Shown: in pieces, positions 47,837 to 57,359 of the stretch
Numbering within the stretch: position 1 is the first letter of the stretch
How the letters are laid out: each line of letters opens with the position of its first letter
From: Pseudomonadota bacterium
GTDB taxonomy: Bacteria > Desulfobacterota > Binatia > Binatales > Binataceae
Direction of reading: 5' to 3'
Length of the DNA: 64,000 nucleotides
Assembly (NCBI GenBank): GCA_021324755.1
Contig: JAJPIL010000023.1
Location: 28,138-92,137, forward strand
The notes under the pieces: generated by a model
Database searches by the model: none
Seen by the model: only the letters and a program-made list of their open reading frames with translations
Told to the model about the DNA's origin: nothing
Position numbers and translations under genes: made by a program

Positions 47837-48787
47837 TTAGTAAATTGGGGCACGCGCAAGAATCTCTTTTGCGCGCGCGACGTCGTGCGCGATTTGCTCT
47901 GAAAGGGCCTGAGGCGAGGGAAATTTCCTTTCCTCGCGCACCCGCTCGATAAACTCTACCTTTACTTTCTGCCCGTATATATCGCCTACGAAATCGAACA
48001 AGTAGGCTTCTATCGCTAGCTCGTTTTCTCCGAAGGTGGGTCTAGTACCAATATTGATTACGGCATCGCGCACGCCATCGTTCAAAATCACCCGGCCGGC
48101 ATAAACCCCGTTCGGAGGAACGCACTCGGTCGATGTGCTGACGTTAGCCGTGGGAAAGCCAAGCTCGCGTCCTCGCCCGTGGCCGCGCACGACTTGCCCG
48201 CTCAAAAAGTGCGGGCGCCCCAACAAAAAAGCAGCCGTCTTGACGTCGCCGCTAGCGATAAGTTCGCGTATTTTCGACGAGCTCACCATTATCCCATTAA
48301 CTGTCACCGGCTGCACGACAAACGTTTCAAAGCCGAACTCACGGCCAAGCTCGATCATTTTTTGGGCGTTGCCCGAGCGCCGATGGCCAAAGGCAGCCGT
48401 CGCCCCTATTACGACCTCGCGCACACCAATCGCCTCAACCAAACAGTCGGCGACGAATTTACGCGGTTCGAGAAGCGAAAGCTCGTGGGTGAACTCGAGC
48501 ACGACGATCGCTGCAAGGTCGAACCTGGACAGGTAATCGAGTTTGTCCTCCAAAGTCATGATTAGTCGCGGTGCTCGGTTGGGGAAGAGCACTTTCGCCG
48601 GAGGTGGATCGAAAGTAAGAGCAAAGGCGAGCCCGTTTCGTCGTCGGGCGTGTTCGATCGCGGTTTTCAAAATCGCCTGATGGCCCAGATGCACACCGTC
48701 AAAGTTCCCCATCGCGACCACCGGATAGTCGGTGGCAGGCAGCGCACGAGGATCGCGAAAAATTTTCTTCCCTTCAGGCTGGTTCAA
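47837..48787 (-). CDS. ribF: Bifunctional riboflavin kinase / FAD synthetase
   Basis: GNFDGVHLGH, SSSKIR, GRELGFPTAN, GTRPTF. Confidence 0.96.
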   Translation of the reverse strand: MNQPEGKKIFRDPRALPATDYPVVAMGNFDGVHLGHQAILKTAIEHARRRNGLAFALTFDPPPAKVLFPNRAPRLIMTLEDKLDYLSRFDLAAIVVLEFTHELSLLEPRKFVADCLVEAIGVREVVIGATAAFGHRRSGNAQKMIELGREFGFETFVVQPVTVNGIMVSSSKIRELIASGDVKTAAFLLGRPHFLSGQVVRGHGRGRELGFPTANVSTSTECVPPNGVYAGRVILNDGVRDAVINIGTRPTFGENELAIEAYLFDFVGDIYGQKVKVEFIERVREERKFPSPQALSEQIAHDVARAKEILARAPIY

Positions 48788-48826
48788 TTTTTAGAATCCC
48801 GAACCTTCGATGTATGGAAAAGCTCA

Positions 48827-49726
48827 CTACTCTAAAACTTTCATTAACTGTCGCGCCGTCGCGGCCTGGGGGGAGTTGGCATGATCGGCAAGAAGCTTTT
48901 GCAATGTCAAGCGAGCGTCGATCTTGTCGTTAAGCTTCAGAAACGCTTGCGCTTCATACAGTAGCGCGTCACTGGCAAACCGGCTTGTCGGGTAGCGCAT
49001 GACAAGATCGTTGAACTGGAGGATCGATTCATCGTACCTGCCTTGTTGGTAGAGCGCGGCGGCCCAGAAGTATTGCGCCGGCTCATTGAGCGGTGATTTG
49101 GGGTATTTTTTCTTGAGCAAGCTAAATTGGGCGATCGCGCCCCCGTATTTTCCTTGCTTTAGCGCCTCGAGTCCAGCCAGGTAGAGGCGGGCTTCTGGTC
49201 CAGAGCGCGATGTGGCAGAGGCAAGCTCTTGGTTGAGCATCGCGTTCAAGTCGGCGACCTTCGAGGGCACTGTCGCCTCGCTCTCGACCGGCGGCGTAGC
49301 AGGGGTCGGTGGGACGAGCGTCGGCGGCACGACCGCGGCAGCGGTCTCGCCGCTAGGGTTCGTCGTGGGCGAGGTCGGCAGCGTGCTTGTGACCGGTGCA
49401 GGAGTGGAAGCGGCTGCTGGATGCTCCTGTCCAAGTTGAGCTTCAAGGCGCGCAACCCGCTGCTCGAGGCGATTTAGACGCCTGACCGATGCGCGGCCCA
49501 TCGGCGCACCCGCGATACCCGATTGGCTGGTTTCCCGGATGGCGTTTTCGAGCTGGCTTAAGCGGTCTTGAAGCTGCTGAATCTGTTGACGATCTTCAGC
49601 AATCATACTGCGCAACTGAAGTTGGTTGCGCTGAAGCTGCTCCAAGTCCGCCTGCGAAGCGCAGCCCCCGAGAAGCGCCACCGACGCAAGTAACATTATC
49701 TTTTGTGCATAACTGCTCGAAGCCAA
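48827..49726 (-). CDS. cpoB: Tol-Pal system protein CpoB/YbgF (lipoprotein, coiled coil + TPR)
   Basis: LLGGC lipobox, coiled coil, TPR repeats (YPKS..AQYFW, YPTS); follows pal. Confidence 0.85.
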   Translation of the reverse strand: MASSSYAQKIMLLASVALLGGCASQADLEQLQRNQLQLRSMIAEDRQQIQQLQDRLSQLENAIRETSQSGIAGAPMGRASVRRLNRLEQRVARLEAQLGQEHPAAASTPAPVTSTLPTSPTTNPSGETAAAVVPPTLVPPTPATPPVESEATVPSKVADLNAMLNQELASATSRSGPEARLYLAGLEALKQGKYGGAIAQFSLLKKKYPKSPLNEPAQYFWAAALYQQGRYDESILQFNDLVMRYPTSRFASDALLYEAQAFLKLNDKIDARLTLQKLLADHANSPQAATARQLMKVLE

Positions 49727-49748
49727 TTTCCTTCTCCCTATCGAGTCG

Positions 49749-50327
49749 TCATTGCAGTACGACGAAATGGGCGCGCCGGTTCAAAGCGTAACATTCTTCG
49801 GTATGTTCGGTGCAGAGCGGAAGCTCCTTGCCATAACTGATCGTCGAAAGGCGATCGGCCGGCACGCCAAGCGTTACTAGATAATCTTTGGCGGCCTGAG
49901 CGCGCTTAGCTCCAAGGGCGATATTGTACTCTTCGGAACCGCGTTCGTCGCAATGTCCCTCGATTTGAACTCTAGGATTACCGTGGGCTTCAAGCCACTG
50001 GGCGTTTCGACGCAGAATCTCGGAATCTTGGGGTCTTACGGTGTAGTCGTCAAAATCGAAGTGAATATCTGCCAGCGGGCTCGTATCCCTGCTGCGACCC
50101 AAAGTGCCGCGCTGAAACTGCGCAAGCGAAGAAGACGACGGCCCGGTCAAGCCTTGTTCGCCTAGCGTGCTCGGCGCGCCTGAGGAGGCAGCGCCGGCCT
50201 GCGCCGCGTTCTTCTTGCTAGAGCATCCGGATGGTACCAGAGCGAACGCCAGAAAAGCGAAAATTAGAGCCGCCGAATTAACTTTTTTATTGCGCCAACC
50301 ACCACGACCACGTCGGACTTGAATCAT
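49749..50327 (-). CDS. pal: Peptidoglycan-associated lipoprotein
   Basis: SGC lipobox, IHFDFD, IEGHCDERGSEEYNIALG..RA, SYGKE, NRRA. Confidence 0.95.
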   Translation of the reverse strand: MIQVRRGRGGWRNKKVNSAALIFAFLAFALVPSGCSSKKNAAQAGAASSGAPSTLGEQGLTGPSSSSLAQFQRGTLGRSRDTSPLADIHFDFDDYTVRPQDSEILRRNAQWLEAHGNPRVQIEGHCDERGSEEYNIALGAKRAQAAKDYLVTLGVPADRLSTISYGKELPLCTEHTEECYALNRRAHFVVLQ

Positions 50328-51666
50328 AACTGTTTCCCTCCGTCAAGGCTGATACGATTTTTCCCGTCTCGACCAGCATTAGGTACAGGCGCGAACTGCC
50401 GTTGCGCGTGGCGCTATACACTATGTAACGGCCGTCGGGCGACCAGGATGGGTGCTGGTTGGAGGCGTCGTCGTTGGTCAAACGCGTCGGTTCTCCGCCT
50501 TTGATGCTAATAAGATAAATGTCGAACTTGTTTCCATTGCGACTCTGGTAGGCCACGCGGTCGCCCTTCGGTGAAATCGCCGGCGTGGTGTTGTAGTCGC
50601 CCCGATATGTCAGACGCCGCACCGGACCGCCATTGACGCTGGTCAAGTAAATTTGCGGCGTTCCAGCACGGTCGGAAGTAAAAGCGATCATCTGGCCGTC
50701 GGCCGAGAAAGCTGGTCCGACGTTTATCGAATTGGTGTGCGTAAGCGTGCGCAAGATCGTTCCCGAGCGGTCCAAGAGATAGATGTTAGTCGCTCCGGAC
50801 TGAGCGATAGATGCGGCGATCGTGCGACCATCCGGTGAAAGAGCCCCGTCGACGATTTCGCCGTCCCGACTGCGAATTTCTATTTCGCGTCCGTGTGCCA
50901 GGTCGACTAAGTATAGCGCCGGAAAACCGCTTTTGTACGAGGTGTAGAGAAGCTCGTTGGGATCGCGCCCGAAACTGGGGAAAAGATTAATCGTGTTGTT
51001 GTTGGTGACGCGGTAGATGTCGCGGCCGTCCACGGACATGGTGAAAATTTCTTTAAACCGCCCACCGCCGGTTGAAACCAAGGCGATCTTCGAATCGAAC
51101 GGGCCTCGTTGACCCGTGGTGACCTCCAAGATGGCATCTGCGAACCGGCGCGCCATTTCAGCCACCTTGTCCCTACTGCCGAGGTAACGCTTGCCCAAGG
51201 CCTGGCGTCGTTGCACGACGTCGTACAAGTAAACTTCCAGTGCAAGCTTGCCTTGATCCTGGTAGACGGCGCCTTTGACTAAGAACTCCGCGTTGATCGA
51301 GCTCCAGTCGTCGAAGTTGAACTCGCCCAGCTTGTATCCGGACTGTTGAGGATCCTCGATGTAAGCCTCGGGCGAAATAATCTTAAAGAAGCTCGACAAG
51401 GTCAAATCTCTTCTCAAGACCCACACGAAATCGTCAGATATGGCATGGTTCGGATCGGCGCCGAGGTCTTTGAGCGCCGAGATCGCGATTTGAAACTGTC
51501 GCGACCCTGGCCCGACTATTTCCATCTTAATCTGAGCAAGCCCGCTAGCCGCAAGCGCGACAGAAAAGATCGTGGCCGCTAGCGCGACCAAGAACACGTT
51601 CACCGGTCCGCGTCGTCTGAGAGTGCCTAAAAGCTTAGGCTTCATCAGTTTCTCCCCATCTTTCAT
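50287..51666 (-). CDS. tolB: TolB beta-propeller protein
   Basis: TolB N-terminal domain plus PD40 repeats (SPDG, SADG, SPKG, WSPDG), FTSDRAG.PQIY. Confidence 0.93.
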   Translation of the reverse strand: MKDGEKLMKPKLLGTLRRRGPVNVFLVALAATIFSVALAASGLAQIKMEIVGPGSRQFQIAISALKDLGADPNHAISDDFVWVLRRDLTLSSFFKIISPEAYIEDPQQSGYKLGEFNFDDWSSINAEFLVKGAVYQDQGKLALEVYLYDVVQRRQALGKRYLGSRDKVAEMARRFADAILEVTTGQRGPFDSKIALVSTGGGRFKEIFTMSVDGRDIYRVTNNNTINLFPSFGRDPNELLYTSYKSGFPALYLVDLAHGREIEIRSRDGEIVDGALSPDGRTIAASIAQSGATNIYLLDRSGTILRTLTHTNSINVGPAFSADGQMIAFTSDRAGTPQIYLTSVNGGPVRRLTYRGDYNTTPAISPKGDRVAYQSRNGNKFDIYLISIKGGEPTRLTNDDASNQHPSWSPDGRYIVYSATRNGSSRLYLMLVETGKIVSALTEGNSYDSSPTWSWWLAQ

Positions 51667-51694
51667 CAGCTTATTCTCAATAACTACCCGCTGC

Positions 51695-53038
51695 CTAACT
51701 TTGGGAGCTCAATTCGCCAAGCTTAAAGACCGCCTCGACGCCTTGCGAAAACTGCGCTCTGTACTTCTCGGGCGGCGGCGGCAAAGGCGAAGCGGAACGG
51801 ATTGCGCGTACCACCGAATTGTCAAAGGCGAGGTCATGAGAGCTTTTCACTATGCGCGTTGATGTTACGTTGCCATTTTCATCGATCGAAAACAGGACGA
51901 CCGTCGTGAGTTCACTGTTGCCACCGTAGAAAGTCCAGCTCTGTTTAATTCTCTCCTTGATCGTACGGTAATAGTAGATAAACTCCGGATCCGATTGGAT
52001 CCCTGCGCTACCTGAACCTTCGCCCGCGCCTGTGCCCTTGCCCTCAAGGGGAGTACCGCTGCGAGCTGTGCGTTGAGCTTCGGCTAGATGCTCAGCGAGC
52101 AAGCGTTGTCGCAAAGCCTCCAGGCGCTCCTTGACATCTGGCGTAGGCTCGGCGCGTTGCGGCGTCGGTTGTCGAGCCTCGGCTCGAGCCGTGGCCTCTG
52201 CTCTTGCCTTGCTCCGCTCGGGCGGCTTTTTGGCCTTGCCGGGTGTAACGGGCGTCTGCAGAGACCTCGGTCGGCTTTCAGGCGAGGGACGCGGATGGAC
52301 CGTCTCGGCCTTGGCGTGGGCTAGTGCAGTCGGCTTGGCGTGGGGCGTAGCCTGCAGATGCTTCTGCGGCGTTGAACTAGAGGGAGGTCTTGGCGTCGGT
52401 GTCGAAGTCGGACTCGGCGTTGGTGTCGGTGTGGGCGAAGGCGACGGCTTGGCGGATTTGGAGACCAGCGGCGAACTTATTGCTATCTTGGTCGGCTCCG
52501 GTGTCGGCGTCGCGGCAAACGGGCTTGGTGTCGGCGTCATTTCCGCGGCTTTGCTTGGCGCCGGGGTCGGGGTTGGTTGAACAGCAGAACTTGTCTTAAG
52601 CGTAGGTGAGTTTGTCGGCACAAGCATCGGTGGCAGCGCCTTGGCTAGAGAGCTTGCCGAAGCAGAAGGCGATGGCGTCAGATGTGTGGTGGGACTTGGG
52701 ATCGCTGCAAGCTTGGGTGTCGGTTTTTCGACTTGAGGAACTGGGGTCGGCACCACCGAAGCCTTGGGTGTACTAGCCAACCTTGGTTTGAACGGCGTTG
52801 GCACAGGTGTTGGAGCAAGCGCAGGCAAGCGCAAGGCGAGCGCGCCCGCCGGTAGACGGTCGACCATCTTGACGGTGTAGGTCGGCGCTACGAATTCTCG
52901 CGCCTTAAAATACCGCGGTAACACTATGAGTAGTAGATAGCCAATTACAAGATGCAACAGCGCTGAAAGCGCGATTGCGCCGATAAAGCCTGCAGTGGGA
53001 CGTTGGGTTAAGGAAGTTTCCGACTCAGGCAGGGCCAC
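51695..53038 (-). CDS. tolA: TolA/TonB family protein with Pro/Thr/Ser-rich linker
   Basis: SALLH TM motif, long PTP linker, C-terminal SS...FDNSVVRAI..ASPLPPPP; lies between tolR and tolB. Confidence 0.85.
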   Translation of the reverse strand: MALPESETSLTQRPTAGFIGAIALSALLHLVIGYLLLIVLPRYFKAREFVAPTYTVKMVDRLPAGALALRLPALAPTPVPTPFKPRLASTPKASVVPTPVPQVEKPTPKLAAIPSPTTHLTPSPSASASSLAKALPPMLVPTNSPTLKTSSAVQPTPTPAPSKAAEMTPTPSPFAATPTPEPTKIAISSPLVSKSAKPSPSPTPTPTPSPTSTPTPRPPSSSTPQKHLQATPHAKPTALAHAKAETVHPRPSPESRPRSLQTPVTPGKAKKPPERSKARAEATARAEARQPTPQRAEPTPDVKERLEALRQRLLAEHLAEAQRTARSGTPLEGKGTGAGEGSGSAGIQSDPEFIYYYRTIKERIKQSWTFYGGNSELTTVVLFSIDENGNVTSTRIVKSSHDLAFDNSVVRAIRSASPLPPPPEKYRAQFSQGVEAVFKLGELSSQS

Positions 53039-53477
53039 GCTTGCGCTCGTTTGACTCTGGGTTTTGCGCAGGCGAGGGCGGCTCGGTTACGAGGCTTACG
53101 TTTTCGATTCCCGCAGCCTTGATCGCCGCCATGGTTTGCATCACTTGTCCGTAGGGAACCGCCTCGTCGGCCCGCAAAAAGATCTGACGGTCTGGCCGCT
53201 CGCGCGCGATGGCGCGAAGCTTGCGAGTTAATTCCGGCAACTCGAGTTTGGTGTCGTTAAGGTATATCTCCTGCTGCCGGGTGATCGATACGACAAATTG
53301 CTGCTCAGAACCGGGCAGCGCTGCCGCTCGCACGCGCGGTAGATTGACCTGTACTCCCTGCTGCAAGATCGGCGCCGTGATCATAAAGATGATTAGCAAG
53401 ACCAACATCACGTCAACCAGCGGCGTGACGTTGATCTGGGATACAAGGGTACCCCGTTGAACCGGCTCTCCCGTCAT
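53025..53477 (-). CDS. tolR: TolR
   Basis: INVTPLVDVMLVLLIIFMITAP, LRADEAVPYG. Confidence 0.94.
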   Translation of the reverse strand: MTGEPVQRGTLVSQINVTPLVDVMLVLLIIFMITAPILQQGVQVNLPRVRAAALPGSEQQFVVSITRQQEIYLNDTKLELPELTRKLRAIARERPDRQIFLRADEAVPYGQVMQTMAAIKAAGIENVSLVTEPPSPAQNPESNERKRGPA

Positions 53478-53493
53478 AGTCGAATAATTTGCG

Positions 53494-54201
53494 CTAATTC
53501 AAAAAATGTCGTTCGGCGATGTTCACGAACTCCGACGTAAAATTGTCCATCTCGGTGGAGAGGACGCGCACCCTGGCGGTAAAGTAGTTATAAAACATTT
53601 GCGCCGGAATCGCTGCCACCAGACCGACGGCAGTCGTCACCAAAGCCTCGGCGATACCCGGAGCCACGGCCTGGATATTGGACGAGTGCGCTGCTGACAG
53701 GCCTAGAAAAGCGGTCATTATTCCCCAAACCGTGCCGAACAGACCGATAAATGGGCAGGTCGAGCCAGTGGTCGCCAGAAAAGTTATCCCGGTCTCGAGC
53801 TTGGTGAGCTCGACGTTGGCTGCTCGCCTCATTGCTCGTAAGACGTTGTCTACTCCGCCCAGTTCCGTCGAAAAACCGCTCTCCGCATTCACTACTTGGC
53901 GTTTTGCCCGCGTAAGACGCAGAAGCTCTTGGTACCCAGCTCGAAAGACCTGAGCAACCGGGCTGTGGCGCAGTCCGACGCTCGCGTTGTGGATAGCGGA
54001 TAAATTGCGCGACTCCCAGAAGATCGCAATAAAACGTTCCGACTCCTTGCGCGCCCGCGAAATTTGACGCAGTTTGAAAAGGATTATCCCCCAACTCCCA
54101 ATCGAGAAGGCGATGAGCGTCAGCAGCACCGCCTGCACCATCGGGCCGGTATCGAGTAACAACTGCAAGATGTTGGGAACGCTTGCCTCGCCTTCTAACA
54201 T
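53494..54201 (-). CDS. tolQ: TolQ
   Basis: LATTGSTCPFIGLFGTVWGIM, VAPGIAEAL. Confidence 0.95.
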   Translation of the reverse strand: MLEGEASVPNILQLLLDTGPMVQAVLLTLIAFSIGSWGIILFKLRQISRARKESERFIAIFWESRNLSAIHNASVGLRHSPVAQVFRAGYQELLRLTRAKRQVVNAESGFSTELGGVDNVLRAMRRAANVELTKLETGITFLATTGSTCPFIGLFGTVWGIMTAFLGLSAAHSSNIQAVAPGIAEALVTTAVGLVAAIPAQMFYNYFTARVRVLSTEMDNFTSEFVNIAERHFLN

Positions 54202-54660
54202 AAAACCTTAGAACCTTGCTTGTTTCCTAGATTTTTGCTGCTGGCCGAATCTACAAGGCACCGATGGCGGTTTCTTTGTCCTAATAGCGCTCGGTTTAGC
54301 GTTAGTCGTTTACCTAAGGTCTCGTCGAGTGGCAGCCACACGCGACCAGCCTCTACGTACAGCTCGATTATAGCGATCGGGAAAGTCAGGCTGCAAAACT
54401 CACGCCGATCCTAGCACGCCGCTCACTGGTTCGAGCGATCTGTGGCACCGCTTACCCACGATGGATCGGTAACACCGAGTTTGGGGCTTTTCCGCGATTG
54501 TTTTACACTGGCGACAACTAGCTGTCGCTGCCTTTACGTTCTGAAAAGCATATGCCTGTCAAAAAATTTTCTGCTAGAGTGAGTTTATTCAGCAACTATC
54601 CAACCCATCTGCTCTGCGCTTCAATCGCAGAAATGTCTCGCTGGGAGGTATTGAGGAGGG

Positions 54661-55665
54661 ATGGCAACTAGGATCGCGATTAACGGATTTGGGCGGATCG
54701 GCCGACTGGCGTTTCGCGCGCTACTGAACAAACCCGAGCTCGAGGTCGTGGCAGTCAATGACATAACAGATGCGCCCACGTTGGCCCATCTGCTGAAACA
54801 CGACTCGGTGCACGGCGCGCTCAAGCACCAGGTGGAGGTACGGGGCAACCGAATCGCCGTGGATGGACGAGAGTTCGAGGTGTTAAGCGAGCGCGAGCCC
54901 GCTAAACTGCCTTGGTCGAAGCTGGGCGTTCAGCTCGTCGTCGAATCCACGGGTCTGTTCACCAAGCGCGAGCAGGCGGCAGCTCATCTTGCGGCGGGCG
55001 CAAAAAAGGTGGTGATAAGCGCTCCGGCGGACGGGGTAGACGTGACCTTGTGCCTTGGCGTTAACCATCAGAGCTACCGGCCGCAGGAGCATCATATTAT
55101 TTCTAACGCTTCGTGCACGACGAACTGTCTGGCGCCGCTGGCCAAGGTGCTGCACGAAAACTTTGGAATTGTGCATGGCCTGATGACCACCGTACACGCC
55201 TATACGTCGGACCAGCGCTTGCACGACGCTCCGCATAGAGATTTGCGACGAGCGCGGGCGGCTGCGCTTTCGATGGTGCCGACGTCGACCGGCGCTGCGC
55301 GTGCGATCGGGCTTGTCCTGCCTGCGCTCAACGGTAAGCTCGACGGAATCGCAGTGCGCGTTCCCGTTGCCAACGTTTCGATGGTCGATTTGACGGCTAC
55401 TTTGGAGCGCGACGCCGACGAAAAAGCGATCAACGCCGCGATGAAAGCGGCGGCGCAAGGCGAGCTTAAGGGCGTTCTCGAGTATCGGGAAGAGCCCTTG
55501 GTCTCAGTCGACATCAACGGTAATCCCCATTCCTGTGTATTCGACGCGCCGCTCACCAAGGTGCTCGACCGCCGGCTCGTCAAAGTATTTGCCTGGTATG
55601 ACAACGAGTGGGGCTATTCGAACCGTCTAGCAGACATCACCGCGTTGGTCGCCAGGAGTCTCTAG
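54661..55665 (+). CDS. gap: Glyceraldehyde-3-phosphate dehydrogenase type I
   Basis: INGFGRIGR, SNASCTTNCLAP, WYDNEWGYS. Confidence 0.98.
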   Translation: MATRIAINGFGRIGRLAFRALLNKPELEVVAVNDITDAPTLAHLLKHDSVHGALKHQVEVRGNRIAVDGREFEVLSEREPAKLPWSKLGVQLVVESTGLFTKREQAAAHLAAGAKKVVISAPADGVDVTLCLGVNHQSYRPQEHHIISNASCTTNCLAPLAKVLHENFGIVHGLMTTVHAYTSDQRLHDAPHRDLRRARAAALSMVPTSTGAARAIGLVLPALNGKLDGIAVRVPVANVSMVDLTATLERDADEKAINAAMKAAAQGELKGVLEYREEPLVSVDINGNPHSCVFDAPLTKVLDRRLVKVFAWYDNEWGYSNRLADITALVARSL

Positions 55666-55909
55666 CGATTTGTCCAGCAAATTTCATAGCGGCGTGTTCG
55701 CGCCCTTTGGAAACCCTAAGCGTTTCGTCTGCGCGGCGGGTTTTTGAGCGCTTGACGGCGCGCAAACCTGACCTTTCTAAAGAATTGTTTACGCCCGTAT
55801 AAGCGATCGAACGTGGTTTACGTTGGATTTTGGCAGCTTCGCGACGCTATCTTGATTGGAGGTCGCAGCGATAGGCTGTGATTGGACGGAGCTGAAAGAG
55901 TTAGCAACG

Positions 55910-56683
55910 ATGCGCAAGACGCTGATTGTTGGAAACTGGAAAATGAACCTCGAGCGCTTGGGCGCAAGAAGCCTTGTAAGTGCGATCCGCTCAAAGCTCG
56001 ATCCTCAGTCTGCCCGGCTTAAGGAACAACGAGAGATTGCGGTGGCACCTCCTTTCGTGCTGCTATACGCCGTGTCCCAAGAACTGGCCGGCTCGGACAT
56101 CCTGCTTGCCGCGCAGAACATGCATTTCGAGGACAGCGGAGCTTACACGGGGGAAGTTTCGCCGCCGATGCTCAAGCCTTTCGGCGTTCGCTACGTAATA
56201 TTAGGTCACTCAGAGCGACGTCAGTTTTTCAAGGAAACCGACGATTTAATCAACAAAAAGGTCAAAGCCGCGTTGCGCCATCGCATAAATCCTATCTTGT
56301 GCGTCGGCGAAACTGCCGACCAACGTAAAGAGGGCCGCACGCTCGACGTGGTGATGGCGCAGCTTGAAGGAGGTCTTGAAGGAATCGAGGCTTCGCAGCT
56401 AAGTTCATTGACGATAGCTTACGAACCCGTCTGGGCGATCGGCACTGGTGTTAATGCTACTCCCGAACAAGCTCAGGAAGTTCATGGGATTATTCGCAAT
56501 AGACTGCAGGCTCGGTTCGGCACAGAGCTGGCGCAAGGTGCCCGTATTCTTTACGGAGGTAGCGTAACGCCCGAAAACGCCGCTTCGTTGCTGGCGATGC
56601 CGGATATTGACGGCGCCCTGGTCGGGGGAGCAAGCTTGAAGGCTGACTCGTTCGCCGCAATCGTGATGGCAGGACTCGGTTAG
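55910..56683 (+). CDS. tpiA: Triosephosphate isomerase
   Basis: GNWKMN, GHSERR, AYEPVWAIGTG, YGGSV, LVGGASL; ATG 55910. Confidence 0.97.
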   Translation: MRKTLIVGNWKMNLERLGARSLVSAIRSKLDPQSARLKEQREIAVAPPFVLLYAVSQELAGSDILLAAQNMHFEDSGAYTGEVSPPMLKPFGVRYVILGHSERRQFFKETDDLINKKVKAALRHRINPILCVGETADQRKEGRTLDVVMAQLEGGLEGIEASQLSSLTIAYEPVWAIGTGVNATPEQAQEVHGIIRNRLQARFGTELAQGARILYGGSVTPENAASLLAMPDIDGALVGGASLKADSFAAIVMAGLG

Positions 56684-56688
56684 GTCTG

Positions 56689-57033
56689 ATGGTCGCAGTC
56701 GTCATATCGTTGCACGTTCTGGTCTGTATTTTGATGACGGTCGTCGTGCTATTGCAGCAAGGAAAAGGCGCCGATATTGGCGCGGTATTTGGCGGCTCTA
56801 GCCAAACGCTTTTTGGCGCAAGCGGGGCAGGTAATTTTTTGACGAAAACTACGGGTGTTCTTGCGCTTATTTTCTTCATGACCTCGCTTTATCTTGCCCA
56901 TTCGTCGGCTGCGCGGGTCAGCTATAGCGTCTTTGACCGGCCAGTAAAGGTTCCTGCCGCCTCTGCCAAAACCGCGCCTGCCGCTGCAAAGCCCGGCAAG
57001 GCCCCTTCGCCCGTCACCGGCAATAAGAAGTAG
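56689..57033 (+). CDS. secG: Preprotein translocase subunit SecG
   Basis: VLLQQGKGADIGAVFGG...LFG..GAGNFLTK.T. Confidence 0.95.
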   Translation: MVAVVISLHVLVCILMTVVVLLQQGKGADIGAVFGGSSQTLFGASGAGNFLTKTTGVLALIFFMTSLYLAHSSAARVSYSVFDRPVKVPAASAKTAPAAAKPGKAPSPVTGNKK

Positions 57034-57135
57034 CGTGTGTCAAGATCGAAAAGCTCCGTGCTCTTGGGCGTTGCTCGAGTGTCGGGTAGTCTTAAGTAAT
57101 TGAAGGGCTTATTAGAGCAGTTTAGACCGACAGGT

Positions 57136-57222
57136 GCGAGGGTGGTGGAACTGGCAGACACGCGAGTTTGAGGGGCTCGTGGTAGCAATACCGTGCGGGT
57201 TCAAGTCCCGCCCCTCGCACCA
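57136..57222 (+). tRNA. tRNA-Leu (GAG)
   Basis: GCGAGGG acceptor stem, CGAGT-TTGAGGG-GCTCG anticodon arm, long variable arm, GGTTCAAGTCC, encoded CCA; follows secG. Confidence 0.96.
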
Positions 57223-57359
57223 ACTATCACACAGGTAGGCTTGGGAGCTCCCGCCAGCTCGGCACCGTTCGGCCTCGAACTTGCCCGGATCTAGGCGCTT
57301 CAGGTTTCCTCTTTCGCTGGCATCTTTCTACAGAAGATGATCCTCGTTACGCACCGAGC

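Noticed and set aside
52380..52580. GGTGTCGG-type tandem DNA repeats
   Set aside because: They encode the Pro-Thr linker of TolA; not a CRISPR array or mobile repeat
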